Below the pieces are notes generated by a model. That model saw only the letters and a list, made by a program, of their open reading frames with translations. It did not search any database and was not told where the DNA came from. This document shows, piece after piece, positions 8,287-13,064 of a stretch of DNA of 13,064 bases. The stretch is from Candidatus Heimdallarchaeota archaeon (GTDB lineage Archaea > Asgardarchaeota > Heimdallarchaeia > Hodarchaeales > Hodarchaeaceae), in the NCBI GenBank assembly GCA_048881705.1, contig JBHLSH010000092.1, forward strand, positions 1 to 13,064. The letters run 5' to 3'. A program made the translations under genes and the position numbers. Numbering within the stretch: position 1 is the stretch's first letter; each line of letters begins with the position of its first letter.

Positions 8287-8790
8287 TTAGGTGCCGGATA
8301 GAGTCTGAGAGCGTAACCGAATTAGAATGACTGCTAATCCACCTATGAAACTCAGAAGGCAAATAAGGTAGGGAAAATAGGCAGGCACAACATTTAAGAG
8401 TAAATTTCCGGAAACAGGGAGAAATGGCGTCATTTCACTGTAAAGTGGGGCATCAAGAATCACATGACTAATACTTCCCAATAAACCACTTATGACGGAT
8501 TTTGCTAAAGTTAAACGAGAGATAGGATGATCTTTGAAGACATCAGTCAGTTCAAGGAGTTTCCACAGCAAGTATGATCCTCCTCCAACCATAATTCCAA
8601 GAACACTTGCACCCAGAAACGAATGGAGCGGCCCATGCAGAGGTAGCCCAGCAGAAGGTAGGATAAAGAGTGCAACCACACCCTCAACGTCAGGGGCAAC
8701 CGAAGCTATGATCAGACTCAAAGGATCAAGAAAGGGTAAGACGACTAAAAGAAGCAAGGCGATGCCAAAATGAAAAGGAGTAAAAGGCAT
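8287..8790 (-). CDS. Membrane-bound metal-dependent hydrolase, DUF4184/YdjM-like
   Basis: MPFTPFHFG N-terminus, APDVE, LHGPLHSFLG and SHVILDA motifs (His/Asp metal-ligand pattern), with about 4 hydrophobic segments. Confidence 0.75.
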   Translation of the reverse strand: MPFTPFHFGIALLLLVVLPFLDPLSLIIASVAPDVEGVVALFILPSAGLPLHGPLHSFLGASVLGIMVGGGSYLLWKLLELTDVFKDHPISRLTLAKSVISGLLGSISHVILDAPLYSEMTPFLPVSGNLLLNVVPAYFPYLICLLSFIGGLAVILIRLRSQTLSGT

Positions 8791-8813
8791 ACAAAATAAA
8801 AACTCCCAACACC

Positions 8814-8823
8814 CTTAAAAAAA
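8814..8823 (-). promoter_or_regulatory. Candidate TATA box for a leaderless transcript of the hydrolase gene
   Basis: The minus strand reads TTTTTTTAAG, centred about 28 nt upstream of ATG 8790, which is the archaeal TATA spacing. Sequence-only inference. Confidence 0.3.
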
Positions 8824-8881
8824 TCCCGAGAGACATCGCTGTCTAGAATGGAAAGGCAGTCCTAAGGAGATATTTAGTAAT

Positions 8882-9625
8882 ATGGGCGGTTTTTACCAAT
8901 ATAATAAAATGGGGCAGGATTCTGGTTACGAAATAGCTCTAGCACACATGAAAATTGAAAAAGCGAAAAGAATAGAAACCTACATCCTGATCAGCGGAAT
9001 AATCATTATTGGGTATCTCTGGATCTGGGCATTAGCCATATGGTGGTTATGGACTTCAAGAAGGGTGGAGGAAGAATTCATCAGAATTTGGAAAAGACAC
9101 TCCAACTTCGAAGGAAATTATCCTTTTCAAAGAGGATTCTTTGAAATTATAACGGAAGATCCCGTATATCGGCAGAAATTAACCTCGAAAAATTCTTTAA
9201 AGAATTTCTTTATGTGGATCCTTGCTATCCCGTTTTTAGGGTACGTATTTGTCCTGATCGGGACTTTTCTTACAATTGGCATTCTCTGGATATTTTACTT
9301 CTCCGAAATGCAGAAACCCAATAAATACCTGAAGCAGTCTGTTGAGGGATCGCGAATGGCCAAAGTTACCGAGTTTGTGGCCCCACAGAAAGGCGGAAAG
9401 GTAGCAAATGTTTCAGAAATTTCACAAACAACCTCTACTTCCCCTGCTACAAGCCATTCTCCTCCCTTTTACTGTCAATTGTGCGGAGTGAAACATATAG
9501 CTGGAACCCCACGAATGCAATGCGATAATTGTGGGAGGTATGTATGTGTTGAGGCTTTCGCAGAATCAGCCAAAGTCGGTAGGGTGGTTTGCCCAATGTG
9601 TGATGGGCGATTGGTACCAATATAG
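8882..9625 (+). CDS. Hypothetical membrane protein with a C-terminal RING-like (C4C4-type) zinc finger
   Basis: Hydrophobic segments YILISGIIIIGYLWIWALAIWWLW and FFMWILAIPFLGYVFVLIGTFLTIGILWIFYF, a Ser/Thr/Pro linker SQTTSTSPATSHSPP, then CQLC-x12-CDNC-GRYV-CVEA-x11-CPMC. Alternative start at ATG 8909. Confidence 0.8.
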   Translation: MGGFYQYNKMGQDSGYEIALAHMKIEKAKRIETYILISGIIIIGYLWIWALAIWWLWTSRRVEEEFIRIWKRHSNFEGNYPFQRGFFEIITEDPVYRQKLTSKNSLKNFFMWILAIPFLGYVFVLIGTFLTIGILWIFYFSEMQKPNKYLKQSVEGSRMAKVTEFVAPQKGGKVANVSEISQTTSTSPATSHSPPFYCQLCGVKHIAGTPRMQCDNCGRYVCVEAFAESAKVGRVVCPMCDGRLVPI

Positions 9626-9684
9626 CCAGCCAGATTAAGACCAGGATGATTTTCAACCAGAATTAGGCTACAATCGACCTAGTT

Positions 9685-10218
9685 TTAAAGCAAGGTGGCA
9701 GAAAATAAAGAATAGAGACCGACCAAGGTTTTTCCGTCTTTTATCTCTTGATTATGTATTTTATTTCGAATCTGATCTAATGACAATGCAAGGACACTGG
9801 ATATTTCATCTGAATGAGGCGATACTTCGATCTTCTGGATCCCTGTTCCTTTGTAAAGGTATAAAATTTCTGATGAGTAGCCAATGGCCGGTGCAAATTT
9901 CAAGACGAATTCAACATTATTCACTTTATATCCCGTTTCCTCTTCAAATTCACGACGGACGCAGGTTTCTGGATCTTCCCCTGGATCTATTTTCCCTGCA
10001 GGAATTTCTATAGTTTCCTCATGAATGGAGTATCGATATTGTTTAACTAGTAGTATTCGCCCATCATCAAGGATAGGCACCAGTGCGGAGGCATCGGGAT
10101 GATTCACGCGTATTCGCTCCGTTACGCGACCCGAAGGGAGAGCAACTTCATCCAAACTAATTGAAAACGCGCGAGCGTATATTTTGCCAAGCGGTCTAAG
10201 CTTCTTTTCTAGTTCCAT
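9685..10218 (-). CDS. nudF: NUDIX hydrolase, ADP-ribose pyrophosphatase (NudF-like)
   Basis: Nudix box GKIDPGEDPETCVRREFEEETG, with upstream HPDASALVP, LLVKQYRY and EIPAG plus C-terminal IKDGKT as in ADP-ribose pyrophosphatases. Start MELEKK at 10218 matches typical family length; the track start is 10257. Confidence 0.88.
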   Translation of the reverse strand: MELEKKLRPLGKIYARAFSISLDEVALPSGRVTERIRVNHPDASALVPILDDGRILLVKQYRYSIHEETIEIPAGKIDPGEDPETCVRREFEEETGYKVNNVEFVLKFAPAIGYSSEILYLYKGTGIQKIEVSPHSDEISSVLALSLDQIRNKIHNQEIKDGKTLVGLYSLFSATLL

Positions 10219-10266
10219 TTTATCACACACAATTTGGTTTAACCGACGCCAAAACATGTAACCTAA

Positions 10267-11772
10267 CTAATATTGCTTACCCACATACACGTAGCATTTA
10301 GCAGGTTTACCACACATAAAACAGGTTTGTTCTGCGGCTGGCTCTTCAGATTCCTGGACGTCGATCCCCCGTACTTCCGCACCCGCCATTTCATCCTTAA
10401 TCTGTTCTGCACAGGTTTGGCCATCCAAATCAATAGAACAGAAGGGGATCTTGACCATACGCTGATGATTTAAGTGGCTAACTAACTCTTCGATTGTTTC
10501 GGCACGAGCTAGCCGCTTCTCGAAATTCATAGTGGCTCGCTGCTTAAGCTCATCTGTGATGGCCTGCCCAATCCCAGAAATGGTTTCAATAAGATTTTTT
10601 CGGTCAACTATTCGCCTTTCTCGAGTATCACGTCTGAAGAGAGTGACCCGAGATTCTTTAACTTCTGTGGGACCGATTTCACAGCGGATCGGAACTCCTT
10701 TCATTTCCCAATAATAGTACTTATCACCCGGACGGCGAGGAGAGTGATCCACATCGACACGAAAACCCGAAGCCCTTAGTTCGGTTTTTAGGATGTCACA
10801 ATATTCTTCAACCATTTCAGCTTTACCTTTGGCTAGGATAGGAACAATGATAAGTTGAAGAGGCGCCACCTTAAAGGGAAAGATTAAACCGGCATTATCA
10901 CCATGAACTGCAATCATTGCACCAAATATGCGGGATATTGCTGGGCCATAGCATGTTTGAAACGCAATATGAGATTCTCCAGCTGCATCAGTAAAATTGA
11001 TACCAAACGCTTTGGCAAATTTATCTCCCAGAAGGTGAGTTGAAGGTAGTTGGAGAAAACGACCATCTGGCATGAGAGTGTCAGCAGCATATGTATGGAC
11101 GGCCCCTGCGAATTTATCCCACTCAGGACGTTGGAATCCAATGAACGGGATCCCAAATTGATCCGTCAAGCAGTTCCGTGAGATTTGCATATCCTCCCCG
11201 GTCTGTGCGATCGCTTCCTCCAATGTTGCAAAGACATCGTGACTCTCAATCCAAATGAACTCTCGACCTCGTAGGAATGGGCGAGTTGATTTACCTTCAT
11301 ATCGCCATACTTTCCCGCTCTGGTATAGTTTTAGTGGAAGGTCGCGCCAACTTCTAATCCACAGAGAGTAAAGTGGATACATAGCTGTTTCGGAAGTTGG
11401 TCTTAAAGCAAGACGTTCTTCAAGCTTCCCACTGCTTCCTGCAGAGGATATCCAAAAAACTTCAGGGGCAAATCCTTCAACATGCTCAGCTTCGACTTGG
11501 AAATTACTTTCTGGGATAACTGAAGGAAAAATGACAGGAGCATGACCGAAACTATCGAGTTCGCCCTCGTAAATATCGAACATAAGTTTCATTGCAATCG
11601 TTGACCATGGGCGATAAACTATAAATCCTTTTACGTTGTACCGCATATCAGCAAGCTCAGCCTGGTGAACGATCTTAGTAAACCAATTAGAAAAGTCCTG
11701 TGCTTTATCAACGTTGAAAGTTTCAATTTCATCCGCATTATTAGCCCGTGAACCTGATTCGTCAGTAGACAT
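10267..11772 (-). CDS. proS: Proline--tRNA ligase, archaeal/eukaryotic type
   Basis: ADMRYNVKGFIVYRPWS, FAPEVFWI, LALRPTSETAMYP, motif 2 WRYEGKSTRPFLRGREF, EWDKFAGA, motif 3 QTCYGPAISRIFGAMIAVHGD, anticodon domain RPGDKYYYWEMKGVPIRCEIG, and a C-terminal four-Cys Zn domain (PFC..QTC..CFMC) ending in Tyr. ATG 11772 is preceded by AGGAGG; the track start is 11799. Confidence 0.98.
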   Translation of the reverse strand: MSTDESGSRANNADEIETFNVDKAQDFSNWFTKIVHQAELADMRYNVKGFIVYRPWSTIAMKLMFDIYEGELDSFGHAPVIFPSVIPESNFQVEAEHVEGFAPEVFWISSAGSSGKLEERLALRPTSETAMYPLYSLWIRSWRDLPLKLYQSGKVWRYEGKSTRPFLRGREFIWIESHDVFATLEEAIAQTGEDMQISRNCLTDQFGIPFIGFQRPEWDKFAGAVHTYAADTLMPDGRFLQLPSTHLLGDKFAKAFGINFTDAAGESHIAFQTCYGPAISRIFGAMIAVHGDNAGLIFPFKVAPLQLIIVPILAKGKAEMVEEYCDILKTELRASGFRVDVDHSPRRPGDKYYYWEMKGVPIRCEIGPTEVKESRVTLFRRDTRERRIVDRKNLIETISGIGQAITDELKQRATMNFEKRLARAETIEELVSHLNHQRMVKIPFCSIDLDGQTCAEQIKDEMAGAEVRGIDVQESEEPAAEQTCFMCGKPAKCYVYVGKQY

Positions 11773-11784
11773 AGAATGTAAGAT

Positions 11785-11817
11785 CCTCCTTCGTAACAAG
11801 AGAAACAGATGTTATAA
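11785..11817 (-). promoter_or_regulatory. Candidate TATA box (TTATAA 11817-11812) and Shine-Dalgarno (AGGAGG 11790-11785) for proS
   Basis: Both motifs were read directly from the minus strand. The spacing is compatible with a short leader containing the SD. Confidence 0.4.
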
Positions 11818-12190
11818 TGATGTTCAGGATGGAATTCATGTGAGATAATTTTAACTGCCCCATACAAGTAGCATAGTCCCTAATCTCAAAATTATTTTGT
11901 GGGAATACGATCCATCCTTGATTTCATCTCCATTTTGCCCTGATAAGTTCGTTCTTTTAAGCACATCACCATCTATCTACGTTACTTCAAGAGAAAGCTA
12001 ATCCATATTGGTTGGAAGGATTACTCATGACCCAAAGATAGTCTGTTTGCATTCCAAAAAAAAGAAAGGAGAGGAAGAGAAGTGATCGCACAAAAAAGGT
12101 GAGTACTGATATTCTAAGTCCAAAGATTCGTCGTCCGTTCTTATGGATCGATCTTATTTAGGAAAGAAATTGTGGAGATTTCGAAGACTT

Positions 12191-13064
12191 ATGCCCTTAA
12201 GAAATACTTTGAAAGGAATAAGAATTCTGGATTTAACAAGCAACCTTCCAGGGCCCTTTGCAACCCAAATCCTAGGTGATATGGGGGCAGAAGTAATTAA
12301 AGTTGAAAATCTGAATGGCGATCGAACACGACACTACCCCCCTTTCATAGGAAACGAATCAATGGTTTTTTCACTATTAAACCGTAATAAAAGATCAATA
12401 TCTCTGGATTTAAAAGCCAAGAAAGGACTGGAAATATTTTATAAGTTAGTAACAACTGCTGACGTAATTATAGAAGGATTTCGTCCAGGAACGGCGGATC
12501 GATTACAAATCGGTTATGATTCGATAAGAGAGATTCAGCCAAAAATCATCTACTGCTCTCTAACGGGATACGGCCCAAACGACACAAGGGCAGGTCATGA
12601 TCTTAACTATCTGGCAATGAGTGGAGTCCTTCACATCACGGGTCCTCGCGAGCGACCAATACCTCCAGGTGTACAAATAGGTGATATTGGCGGTGGCGCT
12701 TTACCTGCAGTAATTTCCATTTTGGCCGCGCTTTATCAGCGAAAGAACGAAGCCCAATATATCCACGTTTCGATGACCGATCATTTGATTTCGTGGTTAT
12801 CAATTGTGGCTGCAACCTACCTCGTTGGTCTTGGAGAACCTGAAAGAGAGGATCACTTTTTGTCTGGATTTCAGCCGTATTATAGAATATTTGGAACCAA
12901 GGACAACCAATTTCTATCTTTTGCCCCGTTAGAATATAAGTTTTGGAAGAACTTTTGTGAAGCCATTGGCCAACCCGAACTTGAGGAAAAACAATTCGAT
13001 ACCGATCACCTGAATTCAATTCTTCCCTCCATCTTTGGTCAACGACCGTTAGGGGAATGGATGG
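12191..13064 (+). CDS. Partial CaiB/BaiF family-III CoA transferase, alpha-methylacyl-CoA racemase-like (runs off the right edge)
   Basis: My translation: MPLRNTLKGIRILDLTSNLPGPFATQILGDMGAEVIKVE...NRNKRSISLDLK...ADVIIEGFRPGTADRLQIGY...IIYCSLTGYG...AGHDLNYLAMSG...PPGVQIGDIGGG... The frame is open to the window end. An in-frame upstream ATG lies at 12143. It is absent from the ORF track because there is no stop in the window. Confidence 0.95.
   Translation, partial: MPLRNTLKGIRILDLTSNLPGPFATQILGDMGAEVIKVENLNGDRTRHYPPFIGNESMVFSLLNRNKRSISLDLKAKKGLEIFYKLVTTADVIIEGFRPGTADRLQIGYDSIREIQPKIIYCSLTGYGPNDTRAGHDLNYLAMSGVLHITGPRERPIPPGVQIGDIGGGALPAVISILAALYQRKNEAQYIHVSMTDHLISWLSIVAATYLVGLGEPEREDHFLSGFQPYYRIFGTKDNQFLSFAPLEYKFWKNFCEAIGQPELEEKQFDTDHLNSILPSIFGQRPLGEWM

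Noticed and set aside
8534-10013. ORFs 8534-8773 (+), 9447-9656 (-) and 9780-10013 (+)
   Set aside because: Each is antisense to a better-supported gene (hydrolase, RING-like protein, NUDIX).
10273-11867. ORFs 10273-10473, 10532-10714 and 10914-11156 (+) and 11631-11867 (-)
   Set aside because: Antisense or alternate-frame overlaps of proS.
11800-12190. T-box riboswitch or attenuator upstream of proS
   Set aside because: No T-box consensus (AGGGTGGNACCGCG-like) on the minus strand, and the T-rich tract is about 280 nt from the start with no preceding GC hairpin.
12636-13019. 127-aa minus-strand ORF from the track
   Set aside because: Antisense to the CoA-transferase gene, which is clearly identifiable on the plus strand.
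1-13064. Mobile elements, CRISPR arrays, tRNA/rRNA and defence systems
   Set aside because: No transposase or integrase motifs, terminal inverted repeats, regularly spaced direct repeats, cloverleaf or rRNA-like segments, or recognisable defence domains were seen by eye.

Overview
Gene-dense 13 kb chromosomal window of moderate GC with mixed housekeeping and accessory genes. It is most consistent with an archaeon; an Asgard/Heimdallarchaeia-like host is an inference from the archaeal/eukaryote-type ProRS, an Aeropyrum-type acylaminoacyl peptidase, GGAGG/GGTG ribosome-binding sites and a RING-like protein. In order: a partial minus-strand gene missed by the ORF track (TTG start, SHOCT-like N-terminus, possible helical repeat); about 600 bp with no convincing gene; an MDR/quinone-oxidoreductase-like dehydrogenase; a 640-aa DAGK/YegS-family lipid kinase fused to an unrecognised multi-pass membrane domain; a divergent ABC-2-type exporter (ATPase plus permease); an S9 acylaminoacyl peptidase; a DUF4184/YdjM-like membrane metal-dependent hydrolase; a membrane protein ending in a C4C4 RING-like zinc finger with one ligand replaced by Ala; a NudF-like NUDIX hydrolase; prolyl-tRNA synthetase; and a partial CaiB/BaiF family-III CoA transferase with alpha-methylacyl-CoA racemase motifs, also missed by the ORF track. 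I found no rRNA, tRNA, CRISPR array or mobile element. The strongest leads are the membrane-anchored RING-like protein and the membrane-fused lipid kinase.
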